Positions 14,619 to 27,742 of a stretch of DNA of 64,000 bases are shown piece after piece (within the stretch, counting starts at the first letter, position 1; every line of letters starts with the position of its first letter). A program made the position numbers and the translations under genes. The stretch covers positions 38,502,001 to 38,566,000 of the forward strand of contig NC_047016.1 of the NCBI RefSeq assembly GCF_902652985.1, in the 5' to 3' direction. This stretch comes from Pecten maximus. Lineage: Eukaryota. Below the pieces are notes generated by a model. That model had not been told where the DNA came from and did no database searches. It was given only the letters and a program-made list of their open reading frames with translations.

Positions 14619-14790
14619 TTGCATGCTATGTCTAGTTCTTGTATATGTGACATCGGTCCAAAACCATACACGTTTTACTCGTCATAATATTGCATGCTTT
14701 GTCTAGTTCTTGTATATGTGCCATCGGTCCAAAACCATACACTTTTTACTCGTCATAATATTGCATACTACGTCTAGTTCTTGTAAATTG
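14619..14790. repeat. 71-bp tandem repeat, ~2.4 copies
   Basis: TCTAGTTCTTG recurs at 14631, 14702 and 14773. Confidence 0.85.
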
Positions 14791-14892
14791 TGACACACAC
14801 TCTTGAGATAGTATCTAATATCCAGCCTTACTAAATTCTGTATATTAATACCCGTTTTCCTCCTGGATTGCCATGTCTTACATTTTGACATT

Positions 14893-17800
14893 CCTATCGA
14901 CCTTTTTGAGTTTCCTCAGTCGCCTTTTCACGACCTGTTTGAGTTTCCTCAGTCGCCTCATCACGACCTTTTTGAGTTTTCTCAGTCGCCTCTTCACGAC
15001 CTTTTTGAGTTTCCTCAGTCGCCTCTTCACGACCTTTTTGAGTTTCCTCAGTCGCCTGTTCACGACCTTTTTGAGTTTTCTCAGTCGCCTCTTCACGACC
15101 TTTTTTTTTAGTTTTCTCAGTCACCTTTTCACAACCTTTTTTAGTTTCCTCAGTCGCCTCTTCACGACCTTTTTGAGGTTCCTCAGTCGCCTCTTCACGA
15201 CCTTTTTGAGTTTTTCTCAGTCGCCTCTTCACGACCTTTTTTTTTTAGTTTCCTCAGTCGCCTTATCACGACCTTTCTTAGTTTCCTCAGTCGCCTTTTC
15301 ACGACCTTTTTGAGTCTCCTCAGTCGCCTTTTCTCGACCTTTTTAAGTTTCCTCAGTCGCCTCTTCACGACCCTTTTTTTTAGTTTCCTCAGTCGCCTCT
15401 TCACGACCTTTTTGAGTTTCTCAGTTACCTCTTCACGACCTTTTTTAGTTTTCTCAGTCACCTTTCCACGACCTTTTTGAGTTTCCTCAGTCGCCTTTTC
15501 ATGACCTGTTTTAGTTTCCTCAGTCGCCTCTTCACGACCTTTTTGAGTTTCCTCAGTCGCCTTTTCACGACCTTTTTGAGTTTTCTCAGTCGCCTCTTCA
15601 CGACCTTTTTGAGTTTCCTCAGTCGCCTCTTCACGACCTGTTTTAGTTTCCTCAGTCGCCTGTTCACGACCTTTTTGAGTTTTCTCAGTCGCCTCTTCAC
15701 GACCTTTTTTTTAGTTTTCTCAGTCACCTTTTCACAACCTTTTTTAGTTTCCTCAGTCGCCTCTTCACGACCTTTTTGAGTTTCCTCAGTCGCCTCTTCA
15801 CGACCTTTTTGAGTTTTTCTCAGTCGCCTCTTCACGACCTTTTTTTTTTAGTTTCCTCAGTCGCCTTATCACGACCTTTCTTAGTTTCCTCAGTCGCCTT
15901 TTCACGACCTTTTTGAGTCTCCTCAGTCGCCTTTTCTCGACCTTTTTAAGTTTCCTCAGTCGCCTCTTCACGACCCTTTTTTTAGTTTCCTCAGTCGCCT
16001 CTTCACGACCTTTTTGAGTTTCTCAGTTACCTCTTCACGACCTTTTTTAGTTTTCTCAGTCACCTTTCCACGACCTTTTTGAGTTTCCTCAGTCGCCTTT
16101 TCACGACCTGTTTTAGTTTCCTCAGTCGCCTCTTCACGACCTTTTTGAGTTTCCTCAGTCGCCTCTTCATGACCTTTTTGAGTTTCCTCAGTCGCCTCTT
16201 CACGACCTTTTTGTGTTTTCTCAGTCGCCTCTTCACGACCTTTTTTTAGTTTTCTCAGTCACCTTTTCACAACCTTTTTTAGTTTCCTCAGTCGCCTCTT
16301 CACGACCTTATTGAGTTTCCTCAGTCGCCTTATCACGACCTTTTTGATTTTTTCTCAGTCGCCTCTTCACGACCTTTTTTTAGCTTCGTCAGTCGTCTTT
16401 TCACAACCTTTTTGAGTTTGCTCAGTCGCCTCATCACGACCTTTTTTTTAGTTTCCTCAGTCGCCTTTTCACAACCTTTTCGAGTCTCCTCAGTCGCCTT
16501 TTCTTGACCTTTTTGAGTTTCCTCAGTCGCCTCTTCACGACCTTTTTTTAGTTTCCTCAGTCGCCTTTTCACGACCTTTTTGAGTTTCCTCAGTGGCCTT
16601 TTCACGACCTGTTTTAGTTTCCCCAGTCGCCTCTTCACGACCTTTTTGACTTTCCTCAGTCGCCTCTTCACGACCTTTTTGAGTTTCCTCAGTCGCCTCT
16701 TCACGACCTTTTTTTAGTTTCCTCAGTCGCCTCTTCACGACCTTTTTGAGTTTTCTCAGTCAACTCATCACGACCTTTTTTAGTTTTCTCAGTCACCTTT
16801 TCACGACCTTTTTGAGTTTCCTCAGTCGCCTCTTCACGACCTTTTTGAGTTTCCTCAGTCGCCTCTTCACGACCTTTTTTTAGTTTCCTCAGTCGCCTCT
16901 TCGCGACCTTTTTGAGTTTTCCCAGTCACCTCTTCACGACCTTTTTTAGTTTTCTCAGTCACCTTTTCACGACCTTTTTGAGTTTCCTCAGTCGCCTCTT
17001 CACGACCTTTTTTTAGTTTCCTCAGTCGCCTCTTCACGACCTTTTTGAGTTTTCTCAGTCACCTCATCACGACCTTTTTTAGTTTTCTCAGTCACCTTTT
17101 CACGACCTTTTTGATTTTCCTCAGTCGCCTCTTCACGACCTTTTTGAGTTTCCTCAGTCGCCTCTTCACGACCTTTTTTTAGTTTCCTCAGTCGCCTCTT
17201 CGCGACCTTTTTGAGTTTTCTCAGTCACCTCTTCACGACCTTTTTTAGTTTTCTCAGTCACCTTTTCACGACCTTTTTGAGTTTCCTCAGTCGCCTTTTC
17301 ACGACCTGTTTTAGTTTCCCCAGTCGCCTCTTCACGACCTTTTTGAGTTTCCTCAGTCGCCTCTTCACGACCTTTTTGAGTTTCCTCAGTCGCCTCTTCA
17401 CGATCTTTTTTTAGTTTCCTCAGTCGGCTTCTTCACGACCTTTTTGAGTTTCCTCAGTCGCCTCATCACGACCTTTTTTAGTTTCCTCAGTCGCCTCTTC
17501 ACGACCTTTTTGAGTTTCCTCAGTCGCCTTTTCACGACCTTTTTTAGTTTCCTCAGTCGCCTCTTCACGACCTTTTTGAGTTTCCTCAGTCGCCTCTTCA
17601 CGACCTTTTTTTAGTTTCCTCAGTCGCCTCTTCACGACCTTTTTGAGTTTCCTCAGTCGGCTTCTTCACGACCTTTTTGAGTTTCCTCAGTCGCCTCATC
17701 ACGACCTTTTTGAGTTTCCTCAGTCGCCTTTTCACGACCTTTTTGAGTTTCCTCAGTCGCCTCATCACGACCTTTTTGAGTTTCCTCAGTCGCCTTTTCA

Positions 17801-20034
17801 CGACCTTTTTTAGTTTCCTCAACCGCCTTTTCACGACCTTTTCCTCAGTCGCCTCTTCACGACCTTTTTTTTAGTTTCCTCAGTCGCCTCATCACGACCT
17901 TTTTTAGTTTCCTCAGTCGCCTCTTCACGACCCTTTTTTTAGTTTCCTCAGTCGCCTCTTCACGACCTTTTTTTAGTTTCCTTAGTCGCCTTTTCACGAC
18001 CTTTTCCTCAGTCGCCTTTTCACGACCTTTTTTAGTTTCCTCAGTCGCCTTTTCACAACCTTTTTGAATCTCCTCAGTCGCCTTTTCTCGACCTTTTTAA
18101 GTTTCCTCAGTCGCCTCTTCACGACCCTTTTTTTAGTTTCCTCAGTCGCCTCTTCACGACCTTTTTGAGTTTCCTCAGTCGCCTCTTCACGACCTTTTTT
18201 TAGTTTCCTTAGTCGCCTTTTCACGACCTTTTTGAGTTTTTCTCAGTCGCCTCTTCACGACCTTTTTTTAGCTTCGTCAGTCGTCTTTTCACAACCTTTT
18301 TGAGTTTGCTCAGTCGCCTCATCACGACCTTTTTTTTAGTTTCCTCAGTCGCCTTTTCACAACCTTTTCGAGTCTCCTCAGTCGCCTTTTCTTGACCTTT
18401 TTGAGTTTCCTCAGTCGCCTCTTCACGACCTTTTTTTAGTTTCCTCAGTCGCCTTTTCACGACCTTTTTGAGTTTCCTCAGTGGCCTTTTCACGACCTGT
18501 TTTAGTTTCCCCAGTCGCCTCTTCACGACCTTTTTGACTTTCCTCAGTCGCCTCTTCATGACCTTTTTGAGTTTCCTCAGTCGCCTCTTCACGACCTTTT
18601 TTTAGTTTCCTCAGTCGCCTCTTCACGACCTTTTTGAGTTTTCTCAGTCACCTCATCACGACCTTTTTTAGTTTTCTCAGTCACCTTTTCACGACCTTTT
18701 TGAGTTTCCTCAGTCGCCTCTTCACGACCTTTTTGAGTTTCCTCAGTCGCCTCTTCACGACCTTTTTTTAGTTTCCTCAGTCGCCTCTTCGCGACCTTTT
18801 TGAGTTTTCCCAGTCACCTCTTCACGACCTTTTTTAGTTTTCTCAGTCACCTTTTCACGACCTTTTTGAGTTTCCTCAGTCGCCTCTTCACGACCTTTTT
18901 TTAGTTTCCTCAGTCGCCTCTTCACGACCTTTTTGAGTTTTCTCAGTCACCTCATCACGACCTTTTTTAGTTTTCTCAGTCACCTTTTCACGACCTTTTT
19001 GAGTTTCCTCATTCGCCTCTTCACGACCTTTTTGAGTTTCCTCAGTCGCCTCTTCACGACCTTTTTTTAGTTTCCTCAGTCGCCTCTTCGCGACCTTTTT
19101 GAGTTTTCTCAGTCACCTCTTCACGACCTTTTTTAGTTTTCTCAGTCACCTTTTCACGACCTTTTTGAGTTTCCTCAGTCGCCTTTTCACGACCTGTTTT
19201 AGTTTCCCCAGTCGCCTCTTCACGACCTTTTTGAGTTTCCTCAGTCGCCTCTTCACGACCTTTTTGAGTTTCCTCAGTCGCCTCTTCACGACCTTTTTTA
19301 GTTTCCTCAGTCGGCTTCTTCACGACCTTTTTGAGTTTCCTCAGTCGCCTCATCACGACCTTTTTGAGTTTCCTCAGTCGCCTTTTCACGACCTTTTTGA
19401 GTTTCCTCAGTCGCCTCATCACGACCTTTTTGAGTTTCCTCAGTCGCCTTTTCACGACCTTTTTTAGTTTCCTCAGTCGCCTTTTCACGACCTTTTTTAG
19501 TTTCCTCAGTCGCCTTTTCACGACCTTTTCCTCAGTCGCCTCATCACGACCTTTTTTTTAGTTTCCTCAGTCGCCTCATCACGACCTTTTTTAGTTTCCT
19601 CAGTCGCCTCTTCACGACCTTTTTTTTAGTTTCCTCAGTCGCCTCTTCACGACCTTTTTTTAGTTTCCTTAGTCGCCTTTTCACGACCTTTTCCTCAGTC
19701 GCCTTTTCACGACCTTTTTTAGTTTCCTCAGTCGCCTTTTCACAACCTTTTTGAATCTCCTCAGTCGCCTTTTCTCGACCTTTTTAAGTTTCCTCAGTCG
19801 CCTCTTCACGACCCTTTTTTTAGTTTCCTCAGTCGCCTCTTCACGACCTTTTTGAGTTTCCTCAGTCGCCTCCTCACGACCTTTTTTTAGTTTCCTTAGT
19901 CGCCTTTTCACGACCTTTTCCTCAGTCGCCTCTTCACGACCTTTTTTAGTTTCCTCAGTCGCCTTTTCACAACCTTTTTGAGTCTCCTCAGTCGCCTTTT
20001 CACAACCTTTTTTAGTTTCCTCAGTCGCCTCTTA
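14893..20034. repeat. ~5.1-kb 33-bp satellite (TTCACGACCTTTTTGAGTTTCCTCAGTCGCCTC)n, ~155 copies with higher-order duplications
   Basis: Direct tandem repeat with variable T-run length; identical variant strings recur at ~0.6-kb and ~1.7-1.9-kb offsets. Confidence 0.97.
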
Positions 20035-20050
20035 AGTATCAACACTTTAG

Positions 20051-20190
20051 ATCCCTAGTATCAATGACGAGTCTTAGAAGCACAAACAGCTGTATGGTTT
20101 AGTTTTATTCATGTTGGATGTACGTATCTAACTCTGAATATATATTGAAAGGTGCTAATATCTCGTGTCATCTGTTCAATCCTTAGATTA
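20051..20190 (+). mobile_element. Dispersed relic of a hammerhead-bearing (Penelope-like terminal) repeat; core mutated
   Basis: GTATCA-ATGACGA-GTCT-TAGAA-GCAC-AAA-CAGCTG-TA-TGGTTT resembles the 49-bp ribozyme unit; the downstream ~90 bp resembles the 44100-44185 and 26735-26817 (-) copies. Confidence 0.6.
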
Positions 20191-21554
20191 GACTCTCATT
20201 TTCCCCGAAGAGTGATATATGGACAAAGTAGCGGTATGGTGTAGTTTTTTTATGACGTACTTACTGTATTTATCACTGATATTTGTGAAATATTTGTGTA
20301 ATCATTTGCACAATGCTCTGAAATATTGATCTCAAATAACGAAGTTTATTTTACCAATGCTGATATGTACCAGTACTAACATATTTCTGATAACGCCAAA
20401 GACGGTGCGTCTCAAAAACTGAAATACAAATAATATCGTACACACCATCCAGTTTCTCAGTCTATTTACTGTATAAAGTGTGTGTTTTTATCCAATTTAG
20501 ACACCGCCATACCTTAATATCTTTCGAGAAGGGTCAACATGTACCCTTTTTGTGAAAGCTGACAATTGCTAAGTATATCCCGTATATATCAACGTCCCTA
20601 TCATTTCTGAGCTATTGGTTTGTTCATGATCAAATAACCAACCCAGTCGTCAATATGATCTACCAACCATGGAAACAATACAACTCAACAATTCAAAATT
20701 AATTTTCATGAATTCAAAATTGAATCTACCTACATTATAAGATATATTTGAATGTATACCTTTTGTTTGCATGTTTATTAATAGCATGATCACTTGATTA
20801 ATTTATAATCGAAAGATTTTTTTTTATTCATGACTGAAAGATCCTCATTTATTCATATTTCTCATTTATCGCAAGCAATTTACGTCATACACGTTCTTTG
20901 ATTAAATCTTATTGCCATTAATTAATCAGCACACAAAATCAATGGTATTGCGTTCTAATAATTTTAGAATTCTATCGCATTTCCCTATAAACCAATTGAA
21001 AATATTGGATTATTTAAATAGTGTGAATGCTTGTCATTATACGTTATTTCAATTGATATATGCGATATTACATGAAATATCTATGACGCTGTAAACGCGA
21101 TTTTCATCGATCTTTATTGCATTTTATATTTCGAGTAAAACAATCAACAAAATGTATTGCAAGGTCAGGCCTCTAGTAATTTCCATTATAACATTTAAAC
21201 CATTAACTCCTTACATAAATTTTGATTTCGATCTTTCGATGGTGTTATTTCTTTTAAAAGAACTAACACAATTAATTAATTAAACGGGTTATATTCTCCG
21301 TTGGTTCGTTAAAATAAATAACACTCGTATAAAACATAATTAAATTCTCTGATTTCGTACAATACATTACCGCAATATCTGTCTGGTGTATTCAGCCACG
21401 ACGACCTTATCTCACAGCCCAATCTTTCCTACATAATTGATGCTTGTCTTTGTTAGAACGTATTACTAAGTTTAGTGATGCTTTATATTACAAAGTATTG
21501 TAACTGTTTACCATCAGCAACCCACAGTTTAATGGTTTTATTGATTGCTTGGAA

Positions 21555-21580
21555 CAGAGACTTGCATATACAAGTCTCTG
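21555..21580. mobile_element. 26-bp foldback mini-element with CAGAGAC termini and 7-bp TSD
   Basis: CAGAGACTTG-CATATA-CAAGTCTCTG flanked by CTTGGAA on both sides (21548-21554, 21581-21587). Confidence 0.65.
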
Positions 21581-21659
21581 CTTGGAAGCATTATCTACAT
21601 GTGTTAGGATTAACGGCAAGATGACAGTTATGCAAGCTCAGAGCGTTGGTAAGAGTAAA

Positions 21660-21906
21660 TGGACAAGCGCATGCGAAAAGTAACTATTTTATTGGGTAAT
21701 CCGACACGTGTGATAACAAGTGTGGCCGATACAGGGAGAAGGTCTAATGTGAAAAGCATGTGCAGTTTTGAAGCATTCGTTCAGAGGCAGAGATAGTATA
21801 CAGTTCTGTAACGTTGTTTGACTCTTTGTAGATCATCACGGAACACATCTAGTGTAAAGGTTATATCTGGCATCCCACCGGGTCGAGTATGATACGCCAT
21901 TCCTAG
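21660..21906 (+). promoter_or_regulatory. Candidate promoter / non-coding first exon of the TMEM121-like gene
   Basis: GCGCATGCG (NRF1-like), ATTGG and CACGTG cluster at ~21665-21712, followed by a donor AG|GTATGT at 21906/21907. The coding exon has an acceptor 9 nt before the ATG, so an upstream exon is expected. The pairing is inferred. Confidence 0.3.
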
Positions 21907-22325
21907 GTATGTATAAAACTGATTTTATGTCAGAATTACGTGGTGTTAAATCTTATACTTATTTCGCCGTTAATGTAAAAATTAGATAAAGCTTTACTCA
22001 TTGTCGTACGTACTGTGTATAACTGTTTACCACCACATGCCACTGTTAATAGGTTACCAAAAATATCGTCGTATCTATCACTACCACGTGACCGGCCAGT
22101 GGTTCAGACATACAAGTCAATTGCAATCCACGTGTGAACATTTTTTTATTATTTTCACCTTGTCTGATAATTAGACAGTTAATAACTAAATTTCGTTTCC
22201 GTATTAATAGATGTAGGCTGTCATCAAAGTAGTATTCTTGTTGAAAAGAAACAAACATTGGTTGATAGGGCATTAACGAACTACATATTTAGAATGGATT
22301 TCCCGTACACAATAATACTAAAGTA

Positions 22326-22455
22326 CAGTCGAACCTCGCTATCTCGAATTTAATGGAGTATTCGAGATAGCCGAGTATATATTACATATAAGTTTTACTG
22401 AAACTGAATGCTTACTTCGAGTTACGCGGGGTCTTCGAGTTCGAGATTTGACTAT
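22326..22455. mobile_element. Decayed Tc1/mariner-type MITE
   Basis: TA|CAGTCGAACCTCGCTATCTCGAA at the left; ...TCGAGATTTGACTA|TA at the right. Confidence 0.45.
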
Positions 22456-24644
22456 ATAATGGTAAATGTTTTTATCTAAAGTTGATGTTCACTCAGTTTT
22501 AATATTTGGACATAGGTTGACATGTCATGCGTTCTGACTAAGGATATGGGTTTGTTGACGTTGATTTGGTTTATGGACATCATATATTGATTGTATAACT
22601 ATAATATTTGGATAAAAGAGGTTGATTGTATATCTCTGAACTTAGGACAAACGAAGTTGATTGCGTTGCCAATGGACATTGGGGATGCTGGTTGCACTTC
22701 CGTTGGGTATAGACATATGACATTAGACTATTACCATGTTTAACCTCTGAATAGTCATCAGATAGTATTTATTGAATGAATGAACGATTGATTGCAGTAT
22801 TATGGTTTACGGACATAGGAGTTACATGACGATAAACTGTGGAGAAGTGACTTATGTAAAGGGAGCAGTATAGCTCATTTATGTATCCAATTTTGCAGGG
22901 GTCTCCGTATTAATATCTTCTAATGTCAGTCTGTGAACATAAGTGGTTGGTAGTCAAGCTTTTCATTCGGCCATGAACATTGGCTTTTTATACTACTATG
23001 ATAATCCATAATGATTGGAGGCTGTTTCTTTGATTAGGAAGGTTAATGCAGGCTGTTAGCAGTACTTAGTCCGGTGTACCGGACAAAATACCGGAATAAC
23101 GAGCGTCACATACACATTGATGAATGTCGCAGTAATGTAAAATACCAGTAAGTGTGTTCAGAGAAAAAAAGTAACGAAATCGTGTTTTTAAAAAAGTATT
23201 TTGTTATAGCAATACACAGACGTCTTAATTTCCATTAATTCAATACAGTTTAAAGACTATGAATATTTTTAACATTTTGAATGTGTTGATTTTATATCAA
23301 GAAGATATAGGATGAATTAATGACTATAGGGGTTACTAGCAGTTGTACATACATTACTACTAAGTCTGGACATAGGCCAAGGGTGACCCGTCGTACACTA
23401 CCATCCTGACTAATATCGATTTTTTCGGCATAGCCGTATAATATACTTTTGGCCCCGGATATGACGCGACAGGTGGCGTTACTGGACCAGATGAAGTATG
23501 TGATTGGTCAATGTAGCGGAAAATGCAGATATGCAGTTAAAAACGAAACAATGTTAAGATTGAATGCAAGCTGAATAAGTGGATGTATCTTTTCAAATGA
23601 CACTTTAATAAACTTATTTCCCTGATTCAAATGCAGTCTTATAATCTCCAAAAATGATTCAAACTGATATAATTTTGTTATCCGTGCTGAAACGCATTAG
23701 TTCGTTAATTTATTTCACATCAGTTTTACATTTACCACCTGCATTAAAACTATGCCGTTTACCTTTTTTTTTAAAAAGATATTTCTTGTTTTTAACTGAT
23801 ATCGCAAGTTCTGGAAGTTTGGCTGTACATCTATGGTCTATGAATATCGTTGATGGATTGTTTGTCTATGCCTCTTGGATGTTGGGGTTGATTATGTAGC
23901 CAATGAACATAGGAGTTTTGATGTACATGTATTGGTGTGAACATCAGTTGATGGTTGTAAATCTGTTGTCTATAGATTTACACACTCGTCAGTCGTGATT
24001 AGCATGCGAAACATACCAGACAACACACTAGAGACACTTTGCTATGCTGTTTTGCCAAGTTAAAACCCAAAGGCATATGTTTTTTTTTTTTATATTTGTT
24101 GATTTAAATACCAGAGAGATGAATCGGCTTTTAATGGATGTGTAAAGGCAAAAAGAAGGAGGATTTCAATATAAAAACGCCACTTACATGGACAAAAATA
24201 CCATCCATCCGATAAGTGCTTCCAGCCATAGACATATGATACTAGTCGTATTACTGTGCTCTGTTAATCACTGAAAGGTCGTTAGCTAGTGTTCATTGTA
24301 AATATGAATGCAATATGAGTAACAGACAAAAACATATAGCTAGACGGCTGGTAAGACGGCTGATTGTAATACTACACATTTACCCCTGGGGATCATGATA
24401 CGTCTCGGAAGAACAACTATTCATGTCTCTCCAACGAAAGGGCAATAAGTTGGTTATAATTATACAAAAATGAAGAAAAAAAAAATAATGAAAACCCCCA
24501 CAGGGTACTGTCAAATTTCCTTTGGCTAAAGTTGATCCAATTCGTTATTTACTCGACCTTCGCGCTGCTATGTCTTAGTTCGGTTATACTCTAAAATTTG
24601 GTCGTTCAAGGTACCTTTACAGAAATGTAATATAATACTCTGTT

Positions 24645-26635
24645 ATATGAATAAGGTATAATGATATAGTTTAAAAAGCCATAAATAAGGTATACTATAG
24701 TTTATGGTCATGAATAAGGTATAATATAGTTTATGGTCGTAAATAAGTATAATAAAGTTTATGGTCGTAAATAAGGTATAATATGGTTTATGGTCATAAA
24801 TAAGGTATTATATGGTTTATTGTCATGAATAAGGTATAATAGGGTTTATGGTCATGAATAAGGTACGTATAATATGGTTTATGGTCATGAATAAGGTACG
24901 TATAATATGGTGTATGGTCTTGAATAAGGTATAATATGGTTTATGGTCATAAATAAGGTATAATATAGTTTATGGTCGTAAATAAGTATAATATAGTTTA
25001 TGGTCGGAAATAAGTTAATATGGTTTATGGTCGTAAATAAGGTATAATATTGTTTTTTGGTCGTAAATAAGATATAATATAGTTTATGGGCGTAAATATG
25101 TATCATATGGTTTATTGTCATGAATAAGATATAATATGGTTTATGGTCATGAATAAGGTACATATAATATGGTGTATGGTTTTGAATAAGGTATGAAATG
25201 GTTTATGGTCATAAATAAGTAAAATAATATGTTTTATGGTCATAAATAAGGTATAATATAGTTTATGGTCGTAAATAAGTATAATATGGTTCATGAATGG
25301 TCGTAAATTAGGTATACTATGGTTTATGGTCGTAAATAAGGTATAATATGGTTTATGGTCGTAAATAAGTATACTATAGTTTATGGTCGTAAATATGTAT
25401 AATATGGTTTATGGTCGTAAATAAGGTATATTATGGTGTTTTGGTCGTAAATAAGATATAATATAGTTTATGGACTAAATAAGTATAATATGGTTTATTG
25501 TCATGAATAAGGTAAAATATGGTTAATGGTCATGAATAAGGTACGTATAATATGGTTTATGGTCTTGAATAAGGTATACGTATAATATGGTGTATGGTCT
25601 TGAATAAGGTATAATATGGTTTATGGTCATAAATAAGGTATAATGTAGTTTATGGTCGTAAATAAGTATAATATAGTTTATGGTCGTAAATAAGTTAATA
25701 TGGTTTATGGTCATAAATAAGGTATAATATAGTTTATGGTCGTAAATAAGTATAATACGGTTCATGGTCGTAAATTAGGTATACTATGGTTTATGGTCGT
25801 AAATAAGTATACTATAGTTTATGGTCGTAAATATGTATAATATGGTTTATGGTCGTAAATAAGGTATATTATGGTGTTTTGGTCGTAAATAAGATATAAT
25901 ATAGTTTATGGACTAAATAAGTATAATATGGTTTATTGTCATGAATAAGGTAAAATATGGTTAATGGTCATGAATAAGGTACGTATAATATGGTTTATGG
26001 TCTTGAATAAGGTATACGTATAATATGGTGTATGGTCTTGAATAAGGTATAATATGGTTTATGGTCATAAATAAGGTATAATGTAGTTTATGGTCGTAAA
26101 TAAGTATAATATAGTTTATGGTCGTAAATAAGTTAATATGGTTTATGGTCATAAATAAAGTATAATATTGTTTTTTGGTCGTAAATAAGATATAATATAG
26201 TTTATGGGCGTAAATAAGTATAATATGGTTTATTGTCATGAATAAGATATAATATGGTTTATGGTCATGAATAAGGTACATATAATATGGTGTATGGTCT
26301 TGAATAAGGTATGCTATGGTTTATGGTCATAAATAAGGTATAATATGGTTTATGGTCATAAATAAGGTATACTATAGTTTATGGTCATAAATAAGGTAAA
26401 ATATGTTTTATGGTCATGACTAAGGTACGTATAATATGGTTTATGGTCTTGAATAAGGTTTCATTAATATGGTTTATGGTCACAAATAACGTATAATATG
26501 GTTTATGGTCGTAAATAAGTATTATATGGTTGATTGTCATAAGTAAGGTATAATGATATGGGTTATTATCATAAGTAAGGTATAATAATATGGTTATAAT
26601 AAGTAAGCTATAATGATATGGTTTAAGGTCATACA
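24645..26635. repeat. ~29-bp AT-rich minisatellite (TTTATGGTCATAAATAAGGTATAATATGG)n with a 438-bp internal duplication
   Basis: Direct tandem repeat; identical variant strings at 25523 and 25961. Confidence 0.93.
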
Positions 26636-26734
26636 AAATGTAGGAGATCGGTTGTATTACTATGGTGAGGTGAGTTTTGAATTTGGGGAATTAATATATC
26701 CGATTTTTTTAGGTCTCCTATTAACTGGTCCAAG

Positions 26735-26870
26735 AATTGTACAAAAGACAAAAGATATAAGCACGTTCCAAAAAAATATGAAAGTTAAATAATAAAGAGC
26801 CAAAATGCATTGAACTGCACCATGCAGCTATTTCGCTCTTTTAGGACTCATCAGTGGTAATAAGGGATTA
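26735..26870 (-). mobile_element. Dispersed relic of the hammerhead-bearing repeat
   Basis: Minus strand: ACCA-CTGATGA-GTCC-TAAAA-GAGC-GAAA-TAGCTG-CA-TGGT. Core boxes are intact; the cleavage triplet and stem II are damaged. Confidence 0.65.
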
Positions 26871-27742
26871 AAGAAACACAGGGTTGGTAGTGTCCATATT
26901 TCTTTTCTCTCATCAACATTGGCGGTTTATGCTGCCATAATTGTCCATATGACTGAAGGTTACTGTTATGATTATGGACCGTGAACATTACAGAGTGTTA
27001 AGGGGACTTAGTCCAGTGATCCGAACAAATGCCAAAGTATCAATTATTATGAAACAAACAGTAATATGTTTTATTACAATATTGATAATTATATATACAT
27101 GTATAATTATGATATCAGCGCATCTTACATAAACCTACTTCATCAAGTTTTAAGCACATGCATGGTTGTCTTTAAAATTGCTGAAAGGTGCACGCTTAAT
27201 GATAAAGCCATGTGAATTCTCTACCTCTTTTAATTACATATCGATTGGGACGAGATCAGTTAATCTGAAAACATTTACAGAAGAGTGTATGTTCACCTCA
27301 GATGTAATGGATTCGGGTATAAGAATTAATCTGAAAGAAACGGCGACATTAAGGACGCTTTGGCCAGGTTTGGTACCGCCATTATATTGTAATCTCCAAT
27401 GACATCTATCAGTCTAACAATTGGTCAGTCTGTTAAATCTGAAACCAACAAAATGGCCAACCATGTGACTTCTTTTTCTCTATGGCATATCCGCTTGAAT
27501 GGTTGACATAGAGGGCGAAACCTTTGATTTCTGAAGTTGTTACATTTGTATTTTATCTATATGTTATATTTAACGACATATGGGGAGGGGGTTGGGGGTT
27601 GGGAGTGGGGTAGGTGTGGGATTTAACTTCATTATAGTTTGGCTTAAAAACAAATTTACTTATAATAAACTAATTGTTGTCGACACGACTTCATCAAATT
27701 GGTATGTCTATATTTCAAATGTTTTTCTTGCAGAAATCCAAA

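Noticed and set aside
14873-19911. Protamine-like KKVVKRRLRKL and KGREEATEETQ ORFs
   Set aside because: Satellite translation; frames switch at every T-run length change, so there is no sign of frame maintenance.
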